Positions 12,201 to 25,104 of a stretch of DNA of 64,000 bases are shown one piece after another. The notes under the pieces are model-generated. The model worked only from the letters and a program-made list of their open reading frames with translations, was not told where the DNA came from and did no database searches. Both the position numbers and the translations under genes were made by a program. Each line of letters begins with the position of its first letter. The stretch's first letter is position 1. The stretch comes from Selaginella moellendorffii (Eukaryota > Plantae > Lycopodiophyta), in NCBI RefSeq assembly GCF_000143415.4, contig NW_003314289.1:29109-93108 (forward strand), read 5' to 3'.

Positions 12201-14377
12201 ACCCTTTCTAAAGAACTCTATTAAAGTTCTTCGTCCATCTTTCACAGCATCAAAGAGGTATTAAGCCCTTCACTCCAAGATATTACAATTGCACCATAAA
12301 TCACACCAATAAATCAAGACAAGATTCATTTACTATCCAGTAAATGAATCATTATTCCCATAGATTGATGGAAACACCTATATAAATAATGGATTAGTAA
12401 CAAAATAAAACAAAATAAAATACAACACAACCTGCCATCTAGCTTTGAGTGTAATTTTTGTTACACCACCAAGAACTGGGACAAGCTAAAGTTGTTGGAT
12501 TCAGTATTTTGTTGCTAAAGGTTGTCATCCTAAAAATAGAATTAATATGGCTATAACTTTGTAAATTATATATATAAATGATAAGGGATTATATTAATTG
12601 CTTTTGCAATTGCAAACCTCATGAAGTAGAGCATTTTCTAGACTAATGTTTAAAAGTACTTTGATCTAAAACTTTTTGTTAGATTTTTTTGAATTACTAA
12701 TATTTTTTCTTGTGGATATAAATCAATCTCTATAGAAACTTGATGATGAAATGGTCTTGGTGGTATTTCCTTCTTCTGGCATATCAATCATATATAGCTT
12801 TTATTCTCATTCTTAATTTAATATTAAGTTAAGTGTTTTCTATCCTCCTCATACTAATCTAAATGTTTAAGTGTGTGCATGAAGCTACATTTAAGGTATC
12901 AAACCTATTCTTGACTGTAATCCTGTTTAGTGAACAATAATCCATATAAAGCTGCCATGAGCTATCTTTCTTGAGAACCAGCAAGATTGGCACCAAATGG
13001 GCTGGAACTTGGCTCTATGAGGCCCTACTCCAAAAGCTCAATAACCATCTTGTCAACCTCCTATCATTCATCTCAAGAAAGCTAAAGAAACAGATGAGAT
13101 GTTGGAATAGTATCCTTCTCTAGGTGATGGAATCCACTCCAGTCCGAGCTAAAACTTCCCAAGACACCTGATGGTGGAAAACTGGGAGATGACGGGATAG
13201 AACATCCACTCTTGACTTAGAGATATAGGTTATCTTGGCAAACTAACTCCAACTCCCTATCTGTCTCCCGAGGCGATGTGATCGAATCCGACACTACCAG
13301 GAGCTTCACCTCCTGTATCCCCCTGTGTTTCCAACGAGGCAACTCGTTGCTTGAAGGAGGCAACATGAGGAACTCTATACCCTTCCCAAACAGACTGTAA
13401 CAACACACAAAGTGACATGGATGATGCAGCTTGAGGTCACAAAGAGACTAAGCCAAAGTCACCTGGCATTTGCCATCCCAAAACGACAACCATTGCTCCT
13501 GAAAGTTGACAACGATGTCCCCCAGCTGCTGCAAGGTTTCCACACTCAGCACGATATCCACAACTCCAATTTCCAAAGTCCTGTCACCAGATATCTTCCA
13601 CTACAAACCAACTGTGTCAAGTTGACTATGCCTCCGTCGGCATTCTCCACTTGCAAAGGATGATTGGCATCTGTCAATGACAACTTTAGCTTGGAAAGAC
13701 TCTGGCTGTTCACAAATGTATGTGAAGCCCCCTTCACTGAAGACTCAATGCCTCCCTCTACAAGTGTCAGTGTCCCCAAGTACGCTGAACAAGAAATCGA
13801 AGCACGTGCTGCTCCATCCTCCAATGCATCTGAACTGATACCCCCAGCTTCCCACACCAAAATCTTGTCAATGTCTGAGATCGCACCATGTCCACTGGAA
13901 CAAACTGTCCAGCTGACGCTTCACGAAAGTGTAGCATGGCCACCTTATCTTTTGGAAGAGCTACTGCCTCCTCCTGTTCCAGCTGCTCTACATGCAGCAG
14001 CAGAACTAAGAAAGGCTCAAAACATGACATTGTCCATCCTTAAGCCAATGAGACCTTGAATGCGATCCATGACGTCTGTGGCGCCCTTGGGAACTCTCAC
14101 CCGCGGATATTCGCCACTCCTTCCGCACACGATACTGTTCCTGGGAAGGCACCCTCGGGCGGAAGAGTGGCAGCGGACATACCTGTTCAGGGGAGATCAA
14201 TGGATCCTCTGGTGGAAACTAAAGACTTATTTCTAATCTTACAGCAAATATTTTGAAGAATTTGAAGCTTATTAAAGAGGGCCACCTTGGCCGAACGTCA
14301 CCAATCGAGAGAATGGTTACACACAGAGACAGGTCCTATAAAAAAAAAAACGATCTATCAGCCTCGCAATACCTCTC

Positions 14378-17300
14378 TCATTCGAGCAAGTCAATAGACC
14401 AAGCAGTGGCCAGCTGAAGAGCCAGCTTAGCCACAGCATTGCCCATCCACCTCTCCGGGAAGTCCAGCGCCGAAGCATCGTGCAAGGACGTGACGAGCTC
14501 ACGCTTTGCATCCATGGAGAACTTGAAGCAATCGGCTCCTTTCGTTCTCACGAGCTCTGAAACCTGCAAAGGAGGGAAATCAGACAACTTTAAGCAACAC
14601 AGTCTTCTCGAAGCGAAATAAGAAATCAGGAAAGAGACTTACCTGATCAAGCCAAGGAAAAGCAGCATCGAGAAAATGCTGCTGATGAAGTATTTGCAAG
14701 AGTGCTCGGAACATCGATATCGCGGTCGAGTTGGAGAAGTGGTCGAAAGCCGGGCCGGTTTGATTCATCATCCGCACCAGCAGCAAGTCGTCCTCGGCCG
14801 ACAATGCCTCCTCGTAGGCACAATCGACATCGCCACCGTGAAGGTTCTCCATTGCCCGCGTCCAGAACAGCCAGGAAGGTGGCGCAACCTGTTTGAGCTC
14901 CGGCTGCTTGGACTCCATCACCATCTCCGGTGACTTGTCCGAGGCCACAGCCTCTTCGCCAGCAGCACCCCTGATAGCTTCCAGCGTCGCTTCGTCTTTG
15001 GAGGCTCTCCATACACTCCTTGCGGAAGGGCCCTCTCCAGGCCTCACTGGACCAGGGCCTCTGTCCCACGCTCGTCTCGCCACTGGCTGCTGGTCCTCAA
15101 CACTGTCTACGTGTTGTTGCTGTTGTTGTTGGTGTCGAGAGCTTTCACGTCGTACGCCCGCAACGCTTCTCAAAGTGTCGTAGTTGATGCTGGCCTGCAG
15201 CTCCTGGATACTGCTATACGGCGACTCCCTCCCGCTCCTGTCCGAGTTGATCGAGAATCTTTCCTCGTAGTCCGACAGCTTCAGGAACCTGGATCCCAAC
15301 GCGTCCGACTCCCTCGAGTCCCCAAAACTTCTGTTCCGTGACGTGAACTCGAGAGTCGTTGTCGCGCCCCTGCCGTTGCCACCACCGCTGCTCCTTCCCG
15401 AGGATATGTTTTCTACGGACCTCTCAAGTCGCTGTACTCTGTCTTGCAAAGAAAGCATGCTCTCTTGGCAGGTGCACATGAAATCCTGTCACACCACGAA
15501 TAAAGTAAGGAAAAGAATCGCAAAATAACGTGTCCACTCACTTGTAGCATTTCCAGAAGCTCAGTTTGTCCACGCTCTAATTGGCATATCTGTCGCTGTA
15601 TAAGAATCCAGTCGCTGCCATTCAAACGTGGCTCAGTACTTGCTGGCTCCGGATCTCCATCCCAAAGCTGACTCTTTTGGTCTTTCTCGCTTTGTTCTTC
15701 CGGGGTGGCATCCAGCCACGATACAGTTTCCACGGAGGACTTGATCGTTAGGCTCGCAGCAGCAGCGTTACCACCAACACCACCACCCTCCGGAGCAGAA
15801 TTAGCCTCGGAAAGATTTTCAGAGCCAACAGGAGTCCGACTCCTCCTAGAACTCCCATCGGCCTCTCCTGAAACAGTGGTTCGACTATCAGCTTCGGCCG
15901 AAACAAACTCCTTGTCGCTGCCGGACTTGCCTTCTATGTCTTGCGATGGTGACACCCGAGGCACAGCAACCTCCACTTCCCAGTCGTCGGAAATCTTACT
16001 TTCCAGCTTTCGAAAGAAGTCCGGATTCATTTTCAGGTCGCTAACAGCTGGCGCTTTCTTCCTGCTCGATCCTTTGTTAGAAGCCTTGTCATCGGACGAT
16101 ACTGACTCGGCCTGTTCATACGTTTTAGCTGCAACAGCACCAGAACAGTCAGCTTCAGCATCCGGTTCCTTCCAACAACGTGAAAAACTAGGCGTTTCTT
16201 CCGGAGTATTGTTATTGTTGGTGCCTGCGTGGTTGTATAGAACTCAGTACGAGGACAACGGAAAAGAAAAAGAGAAAAGAATAGTCTCACTTCTTATTTT
16301 AAGAGAGCTATCTAGCTCGGGTCCAGGAACCGTCTTCCAGACGTGGATGGCACAGGTAACAGCATCTCGCACTGGTTTCACCTGATCAAGGTCAACCAAA
16401 GAACCTAAGCAAAGTAGTGTTACAGAAGGGAGAGGGAAAAAACGAAACGAGGGAAATAGAAAGAAAAGAAAGAAGAAAAAAAGGAAAAGCGACGCAATAG
16501 CTACCTTGTCAAAGCGATGAGAATCCAGTACTCCAAGTGTCGACGGCTTTAGCTTGGACAAACCGGGGCAAGCAAGCACAGATAAAGTCTCTGCGGCAGC
16601 TTTTCGAGCAGTCCAATCGCTGCAGTGAAGAGATTCTTGGACGCAAGGCACGAGCTGGGCCAAATGCTCGTCCCCAGAATCTTTGGCAACCTACATTGTC
16701 GAAAAGAGAAAAATCAAAAACTTGTAAAGCCTAGGTAGAGAGAAGAAAGCTGCCATACCCGAGAGAGGCTTCCAATTGCTGATAGAAGCGCTGCCTTTGC
16801 CATGAATCCTGGGCTAGAGAGAACTTTGATGATCCGCGGAGCGAGCCTGTGTATGCAAGCCGGGGAGAGATTTGGAGCATTCTCGATCACTCTGGCGAGG
16901 CACATTGCCGCTCCAATCTGGACGTTCTTCGTCTGCTCGCCCATGGAATCAAACAGCGGCTTGGTGTAGACCACCAGAAATCCCCCTTGTGGGTTGGCAT
17001 TGTTCTCGGTGGCCGGGACCCTGGGGACGAGCACACCGATCGTGTCCACGCACACGTCCCTAATCTGGCTGTCGGGATCCTTGAGCCGCCGCATGAGAAA
17101 CGCGACGATCTTGGGAAGATGGGGGGAGAGCATCTCACCGTGGATCGCCGACAGCACCGCGAGGATTTTCACGCACTCCTTGCGCGCCGTGATCTTCTGC
17201 TCCGGCCCGACGTCGAACAGGCACGCCAGGAACACCGAAATCCCGTCCTGCGACAGATTCTCGGCAATTCTTTGCAGCTCCTCCACCGCCATCTGCTGCG

Positions 17301-17397
17301 TGTCGCGATCGCCGAGCTTGTTGAGCGCCGAGAGAATGCTGAGCTTGAGCTCCATCGCGGCGCGCGCGCGCGCGGTCCTGTTGCTGATCTGCGCCAT
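14378..17397 (-). CDS. TOR1: TORTIFOLIA1/SPIRAL2-like microtubule-associated HEAT-repeat protein (multi-exon)
   Basis: N-terminal ELKLSILSALNKLGDRDTQQMAVEEL, HEAT repeats, DWTARKAAAETL, RFDKVKPVRD, a coiled coil (QICQLERGQTELLEMLQ), the PGEGPSARSVWRASKDEATLEAIR signature, and a C-terminal LAxAWxIDL. Exon ORFs at 16714-17397, 16244-16663, 15413-16030, 14580-15479 and 14378-14587. Confidence 0.93.
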
Positions 17398-17967
17398 GGC
17401 GACCAGATTTTAGGGTTCCTCAATGAACCAGCTATGGCGAAAAATTATAAAAAAAAAAAAATTTAAATCAAGGCTGTCCAACAACGACGGCCACGCCACC
17501 GCCAGCTGTCACCCCTATCCACCGCTGGATCCCGGGCAAGCCACAGCCGTTGATTGTAATAGCCACACCCTGGATGCCGTTGGCCTCTCACGGGCACTGA
17601 CGGCCCAGATCGGGGGTTGGATATGGCCAAAACCATCCAAGGTTTTTAACGGAACCCTCGTTCATTCAGACAGTGGCATTCCGACAAGCCCGTGGTGGCT
17701 GTTAGCATTCTCCTGACGAGGCGCCGGATCGATCAATCGAGGCTGAAGCATGGCGCGCGCGGCGGCGCTGGAGCGGCATTTGCCCCTCACGGATTGATAA
17801 TCCCGTGAGCGCCAGGCAGCGATCGATCCGAAATATCGATATCTCGAGCGGCGGGCGCATCGATCTCTCGGCAGCGCGATTTCCAGGTCTTTCTTCTTCT
17901 CTTTCACTGCTCCAGGTTCTAGATCTCGCCCCCCCCGCATCGATCGATCCATCCCTCCCGCCGCTGC

Positions 17968-19113
17968 ATGGAGTCTCCAACCGACGCCGGATGGATGGTG
18001 ACATGGGGATTGCTGGGCACAGGCGCAGCCATGGCGGCCGCGGGGCTCTACTGGGCGATGTGCGTGGCCGGCTCGGCGGAGCAAAAAGGGAAGCGCGCCG
18101 TGGATCTCGGCGGTGGATCGCTTTCCAGGGGTGAGGTCGCCGGGAACTACCGCGAGTACGCGGCCTTCTTCGATAAGCCCCAGCAGATCGCGGCCAAGGA
18201 CAAGGTACCCAAGCTTGTGGACACCTTCTACAACCTCGTCACGGACATCTACGAGTGGGGATGGGGCCAGAGTTTCCACTTCTCGCCGGCGGTCCCAGGC
18301 GTGGGGCATCGCGAGGAGACCCAGCTCCACGAGAAGTACGTGGCGGATCTGCTAGAGCTCGGGCCCGGCCAGAGGGTGCTGGACGCCGGGTGTGGCGTCG
18401 GGGGCCCGATGAGAACCATCGCCGCCCACTCGGGATCCAACGTCGTGGGCATCACCATCAACGACTACCAAGTCGCCCGGGCTCGCAGCCACAACAGCAA
18501 GGCCGGGCTAAGCAAGCTCTGCGAGGTGATTTGCGGGGACTTCCTCCACATGCCCTTTGGCGACGATAGCTTCGACGCGGCCTACTCGATCGAGGCGACG
18601 TGCCATGCACCGCAGCTCCGCGACGTTTACGCCGAGATCTATCGCGTGCTCAAGCCGGGGAAGCTCTACGTCTCTTACGAGTGGGTCACGACTTGCAAGT
18701 ACCAGGCCCAGGATCCGGAGCACGTCAAGATCATCCACGAGATCGAGCACGGGAACGCGCTGCCGGGGCTGCGCTCGTATAAGCAGGTCGTGGAGATCGC
18801 CAAGGAGGTAGGATTTGAGGTTTTGGAGGACAGGGATTTGGCGCTTCCTCCGGCGCATCCCTGGTGGACGAGGCTCAAGATGGGGCGGCTGGCGTACTAC
18901 AGGAACCATGTCGTGATCGCGCTACTATCGTTCCTGGGGATCGCGCCGCAGGGGGTTTTCGAGGTGCACGAGATGCTGTTCAAGACGGCCATGTATCTGA
19001 CGCGAGGCGGCGAGACTGGGATTTTCTCGCCGATGCATCTCTTGGTTTGCCGGAAGCCATTAGATGGTGGTGATGCCGCCACCGCTGCTACTGCTGCAGT
19101 TGCTTCTTCTTGA
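17968..19113 (+). CDS. SMT2: 24-methylenesterol C-methyltransferase (SMT2 type), intronless
   Basis: N-terminal membrane anchor followed by AEQKGKRAVDLGGGS, FYNLVTDIYEWGWGQSFHF, LDAGCGVGGP, YSIEATCHAP and PWWTRLKMGR. Confidence 0.96.
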   Translation: MESPTDAGWMVTWGLLGTGAAMAAAGLYWAMCVAGSAEQKGKRAVDLGGGSLSRGEVAGNYREYAAFFDKPQQIAAKDKVPKLVDTFYNLVTDIYEWGWGQSFHFSPAVPGVGHREETQLHEKYVADLLELGPGQRVLDAGCGVGGPMRTIAAHSGSNVVGITINDYQVARARSHNSKAGLSKLCEVICGDFLHMPFGDDSFDAAYSIEATCHAPQLRDVYAEIYRVLKPGKLYVSYEWVTTCKYQAQDPEHVKIIHEIEHGNALPGLRSYKQVVEIAKEVGFEVLEDRDLALPPAHPWWTRLKMGRLAYYRNHVVIALLSFLGIAPQGVFEVHEMLFKTAMYLTRGGETGIFSPMHLLVCRKPLDGGDAATAATAAVASS

Positions 19114-19383
19114 CTCCTGGAATAATCTGCTCCTCCATCTTCTGCACACTACATTTTTTTAAATTTTTTTTGGTTCTTTCTTCTTGGCCTTTCTTCTTTT
19201 TAACTCCTTTATATCTTTTATTTTTCCAGAAAATCGGTTTTGTTCTTGTGCTGCTCTAAAGTAAGGTATTATTTGTGTTGGAGCCGAAACGAGAGCAAAT
19301 GTGGCTTATATGAAACAATTTGAATAATGCTATTGGCAGAATGGATATACTTATTATGAATATAGGCTGTTTTGTTGGCGATC

Positions 19384-19760
19384 TCCTCCATAGAGACGCC
19401 CTGGGCTATCTCTCCTCCTCCACAGAGATCCCCTGGGTAGGATTGTAGCTTAGTTTTGTTCTTTCTTTGGTTTCTCTCTTGTGTTTGTTTTGCAGCTTGC
19501 ATTATTAATATTTGCAGTGCAATTTCTTGCAACATAAATTTCCATTTCTTTTGCTGTTTTCTTGCCATCTATTTCCAATTTGTGGGCACTCTCCTCCAAG
19601 AGACGCCCTGGGCTGGGATCGCTCCTCCTCCATAGAAGGATTATAGTTTAGTTTTGTTCTTTCTTTGGTTTCTCTTTTGTTTTGTTTTGCAGTTTGCATT
19701 ATTAATATTTGCAGTGTAATTTCTTGCAACACAAATTTCCATTTTTCTTGTTATTTTTGT
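19384..19760. repeat. Imperfect tandem duplication (~190-bp unit)
   Basis: CTCCTCC..GAGACGCCCTGGGCT...ATTAATATTTGCAGTG...AAATTTCCATTT occurs at ~19384-19570 and again at ~19592-19760. Confidence 0.8.
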
Positions 19761-22494
19761 TCTCACAAGGTATTATCCTTATTTTGTTGAGGAATATGTG
19801 TCCCATGTACACTCCATCTAAACATATGTGAAATTGTGATGGGGCCAATTCAAAGGCACATTAGCTTTTATCCCCTGAATCATGTTTACACCTTTCCATA
19901 CTATCGATATATTTACAAGAGTTTGTGCCTTATAATCTCTAAGTGCCAAGGCTAAATATTTCACTAACTGAATTAAACATGAAGGTCCAAAACATGTCAC
20001 CAAGGATAACTATTGCCATTTTAAGTTTTATTATCAACACAGTAAATAAATATTTCACTTCCACCTTAAAGCAAGGCAATCATCTATGAGAAGACTTTCT
20101 TTTGGAAGCTAGGATCTACATGAAGCTCTATCTGTAAGCTAAAGGTCATGAAAGATCCGTTGTAAGTTGTTTTATTTGTGATTAATGTGAAAAATACTTT
20201 ATATTACACAATAATAGAGTGCTTAGCCACAGTTGCATCAAACAATGTTAGATGATTTCTTAATTCTCTTACTATTAAGAGTTGATCCCTCCACAACATT
20301 TAACAGATTGCAAGGTTGAGTTCACAAAGTTTTGGTGTTGAATAAAGAATTTTAAGCTAGATATGTGATCCATACAAGAGGATTAATGCTTATAGTTACT
20401 TCTTTAATTCTTCTTGATCTGAATAAAGTGGAACATAAAAAATATTTAATTTTGATCCTATTCCAATTCTAAAGGCTATACTACTTTTCAATGCACTCAA
20501 AATATAACAATCAAAACAATTTTTGCTATTTGGGTAGTACAATTTATATCTTTTAAATCCTTTAAGAGGCAAAATTCAAATGTAAACCTATTAAAGTAAG
20601 CTGTTATATTATAGTCTTAATAATAACTATCAAAAAGTTTATAAAAATTGATGTTCAAACAAAAAGATTACATTCTTTTAAATAGAGGTTTACATAGAAG
20701 CTCCTCAAATTAAGCATGTTTACAAATATACCTTCAGAATTTTACATTGCAAAAATGCCTTGGCCTTTTTATTCTCCTCTAAAGCTTTAGATATTTTAAA
20801 AGTAGTAATATAGCTAAAAATAATTTATATTATATAAATATTTATTTTCTTAGTAAACAAATTTTAATCACTTTAAGAAATTTCTAAATTTTTTCATTTT
20901 AAAGCTGCAATAAAGTTTAATTTAAAAATTATTATTAAATACTATTATTGAAAATTCATAATAAAATAATAATGAGATAAAGTGCTCAATATAGAATTAT
21001 TTCTATTAAAAACTATAAATAGTTTTTTAAATAATTCTCAAAGTCTGATATGTTAATTTATTAGTGAATTACACCTAATAATTGATCAATAATTATGTTA
21101 AATTATTATTTATCTAAATAAAAACTATATACTAAAATATTTACATATAATAAAACATGCTTCTCATTAAGTGCATCATTTTATATTGCTACTAAAATTA
21201 AAATAAGTAATGAATATTAAAAACTAAAATTTTGGTATAAATTATTTTATGAGTCATAGCAAATGATAATATTACAAATTTTATGTATAGGCCACCTAAA
21301 AAAATATTATTACATTTTTCTTTGTGTTTAATGATGCCTAAGACAACTACATACTTTAACTTAATCTAGACTTTTATCCTTTTAGTCTTTAGTTTTGAAT
21401 ACTCTTATTTATTTTACCAATGCACTAACATTTTACTATATAAAATTTTAAAAGGATAGGGAGGTTGTAGAATTTTTGTAAACATAGAAAGTTCATGTTA
21501 ACTATATTATTTTTCAATATAAAATCATGGTTTGCCATTAAACAAGTATATTTAATAAAATTAAGAATTGAAAAATATTACTAATATGGTGCTGGATGGA
21601 AGGAAATATAAATAAACTATTGTATAGTGTATAGAGAAATAAAAAAAATATTAAAAAATCCTTTGAACTTAAAAATTCTGATAATGTGTAAAACATCACT
21701 ATGAGAAAGTAGTAAGAACACATTAATAACATTGTAATCATTTTAAGCTAATAAACCTCCTCTGAATTAGCAAGAACTCCATTTCTTTATTTTCTACTTA
21801 TCTTTAGTGTCTAGAGTATGCTTATAGTCATCCCTTATGTGAGTAATCAAATAGTTTTATTAAGATATCACTATTTCATTACAAATTTGATAAAAATATG
21901 TTAAAATTACATTATAAAACTTCAAATGTAAAATGATTACTAGTCATTTCTTAAGTTATAAGATTAAATCTTAACAAAAACATATTTTCAGATATTACAG
22001 TTTTTTCTAACATAAATAAAAAAGGTAAAAATCCTTTTGTATTATTTAAAATGGTTTCACCTATAAAATACAAAATTTTGTTAGTCATTAGTAGAATGTA
22101 CTAATATAATAATTTGTTATGCTTTGCATACAGCAATGTTTGGTTTTCTTAATAGTAGTGTTTTCCTATTTATTAATTCATTTGATCCAATGGAGATTTA
22201 TAATCATAAGCATGTTTATAATTTATAAACAACTTGTGTTTTTCCTTGTGTTTGAAGGGATTGATTTTGGTTGTAGTGCACCACCTTCACTTCCACCACT
22301 TTGCCCTAATCTTTGAGTTGGAAAATTTTGGCAAATGTAGACACAAAAGTTTCTCCTTATAGAGAACTAGGGAATAATTTTCAAAAAAATAAGGGTTTTC
22401 TTTTTACATTTATCCACTAATATATAAATGTCAAATGACATTATGATTAACATTTTAAAAAGAATAATCCCACCTTGGCTCATTTTAAACCACC

Positions 22495-22692
22495 TTGGTG
22501 GCTACAGAGGCTCTGGAAGGCATGCTCGACTCAACGACTTCACCGTGCCAAACCAGAGCTAAAACGCTTCGGCTGAAGACCGAACTCTCACTGCGAATGG
22601 CTCACACAGCCTCGGTCATCAACGACGATATATGGATAATTGGTGGACGGCAAGGTCCTCGTGATCTCTTGGCTCATTAAGTGCGGGGAAGC
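22495..22692 (+). pseudogene. Inverted partial duplicate of a TYW3-kelch exon
   Basis: Reverse complement of ~23488-23707 with substitutions and small deletions. The translation retains RMAHTASVINDDIWIIGGR. Confidence 0.9.
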
Positions 22693-22826
22693 TTAATCAA
22701 ACCTTTGCATTTCAGTTTCCTCCAGAAACACAAGCAGAAACTTGTGCCCGTGTGTGCCTTGGGCGGACAGATCCCAGAATTATAAGCATTAAAAAAGAAA
22801 AAGAAGCATGAGAATGGTCTTTGCCA

Positions 22827-25104
22827 CTAAACAACGAAAGAGACGCTAAACATGGTGCCAAACGCATAACACGACGCTCCTCCCCCTACCACGAACAAAA
22901 GTCCCTCCACCACAGTAGCAGTGTGCCTCACCAAAAGACAATCTCCTGGGACGGACAATCCCACTCGTTTCCACACCATCGCTCTGGGATCCAGGACAAA
23001 CAAGCTATTTGCTTGCTTCATCGTCGGGCAGCCCCCGAGAACCGCCAAGCAATCGCCGAGAACAATGCACGAGTGGCTAAACCGAGGAACTGGCAGCTCT
23101 CCTGTCGTAAGAACTTTGCTCCACTCGAGGCCACGGGTGTCGAGGACGTGAAGATCGCCGAGAATCTCCTTCCCGTCAAAGCCACCGTAGAGATAGAGCT
23201 TATCGTCAATCGCGCACAGTGAGTGTGAGTGACGAGCTGGAGGAGTGGCGCCTTTGCAGTCCAGCCGCGACCACGTAAATCTTGCAGCGTCGAGAATGTA
23301 GAGGTCCGCAAGCACGCCTTCCTCACCCAGTCCACCGAAGATGTAAATCTTGTCTCTCACAGCTGCGGCCGCGTGACGATGCCTGGATGGAACGAGAAAG
23401 ATGAGCGAAACTTGACAGCAGTAAGAACTTTAGAGCTTTTCACCTGGGAATGAAGGTATCACCAGTGATGGTCGGGGAGAAAACGTCCGCTTCCTCGCAC
23501 TTAATGACGAGCACGTCGGCCAAGAGATCATGAGGACCTCGCCGTCCGCCAATTATCCATATATCGTCGTTGATGACCGAGGCTGTGTGAGCCATTCGCG
23601 GTGAGAGCTCGGTCTTCAGCTCGAGGCGTTTTAGCTCCTGGTCTGGCACGGTGAGGACGAGCAAGTCATTAAGTCGAGCATGCCGTCCGGAGCCTCCGTA
23701 GCCACCAAAGATTACCAGGCGGGACCCTACATTGCAAGCCGAATGGCCCCAGCGTCGGAACAACTCGGCAGCGCTCTCGGAGAGACGTAGCTCCGACGCC
23801 TTTAGACAAAGCCCTGCTGCAACACTGAAGACAAGATCAATATAACATCAGGAGGAAGTGAAAAAGAAGGAAAGCTAGCTCTCACACGCTTTTCTTGAAA
23901 GGAAAGGAGAACAAAAGCAGACCATGGATGCATCAAAGCTAATGGATTCCATGGACATGCAAGTACCTGGAAGGATAGCAAACCTCGGCTCGGCTCAAAA
24001 TCCTTCAAACCAAGTTTCTACAACTTTCTGACAAAAACGTGTACCTGTGCTCTCGTCAAACCATCCCGACATCCTTTTAGCTTGCATACTATCCTCGTTG
24101 GAACTCTTTCCTATCCTACACACACCGTCGTGGAGGTCAGGGTCCTTGAAGGTTTGTCCAGAGTCACTAACAGACTGCCGCGCGGAAGATAGAAGCAAGG
24201 AGCTTTCTGAGCCACATAGATCGTGAAACTCTTGCGAGTCCGAATGGTCGTCCTCGACGATCTCGGCTTTGAAATGGTCGTCGTTTGTAACTTGAATTGG
24301 TGTATCAAGTGACGACAGTGCTCCGCTTTGAAACTAATACGAACAAGAAATCAAAGTAAACAAAAGCTCAAGAACAAAAGGTGAAATCTTTTTTTACCTG
24401 GGTGATGAAAGAATCTAGAAACCTGTTCGTTCTTTGCTTGTTTTGCTCCAGCTTTGAATTTGCTGTGGAGGTGAGGTAGCTTAAGTACTCCTCCGATACT
24501 AAGAGCTTCCCTTTCTCAGCGACTGGCACTTCCAGCCGAATCGAGCAGCGTATAGCCACTATAATTCGCTTCCTTATGCTCGTGATTCCTACAACCAAAA
24601 GTGTAAAGAGCGCGTATGGTGCACGACAAGAACATGAAAGATGGTACCTGATTCTCGAAATCCCGAGGCGATCGCACAGGCGACTAGATCTTGAGCGGCG
24701 GCGACGCTAGCGCAATCTAGCGCGAGAATGAAAGGCTCAAACCGGAAAACCAAGAGCTCGTGCTGCGCATTGCTCACAAACGTGTGCGTGGCCGATACGA
24801 TTTCCTGGGGAGTCACAAGCTCGTGGCTCACAAACAGCCAATCCCCGCCCTTCTTCTTCTTCTTCCTCGTACCATCGCCGCTCCCATTCTCCGCCGCCAA
24901 TTCCTCGTCCGATTGCGCGCACGGCTCGGAGAAGAGCGTGATTCGGCCCGAGCAGGAGCTCGTCGTGAAGAAATCCGGATGTGCATTCACCCGGTCGATG
25001 AGCACAGCGATTGGCGCGTCAATACCTCCTTTCCGCGATCGATCCGGCTCCTCTGATCCCAGCCACGCCAGCGCCCTGAGCTTCCGCTCGTCAAAATCCG
25101 CCAT
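22827..25104 (-). CDS. TYW3: tRNA wybutosine-synthesizing protein TYW3 domain fused to kelch repeats (TYW2 domain not seen)
   Basis: FDERKLRAL...DRSRKGGIDAPI...FFTTSSCSGRI, WLFVSHE, GFRESG and IVAIRCSIRLEVP, followed by kelch repeats RWGHSAC, PRMAHTA, ARHSHS and PRFSHS, ending GGGASCYAFGTMFS. Confidence 0.88.

Noticed and set aside
9430-12950. Short ORFs and a degenerate ~80-bp direct repeat (~11850 and ~12470)
   Set aside because: No termini, TSD or protein motifs to support a call.
16849-19082. Many long overlapping or antisense ORFs over TOR1 exon 1 and SMT2 (likewise over the UGT, myosin tail and F-box genes)
   Set aside because: Expected shadow ORFs of GC-rich coding sequence with no domain signatures.
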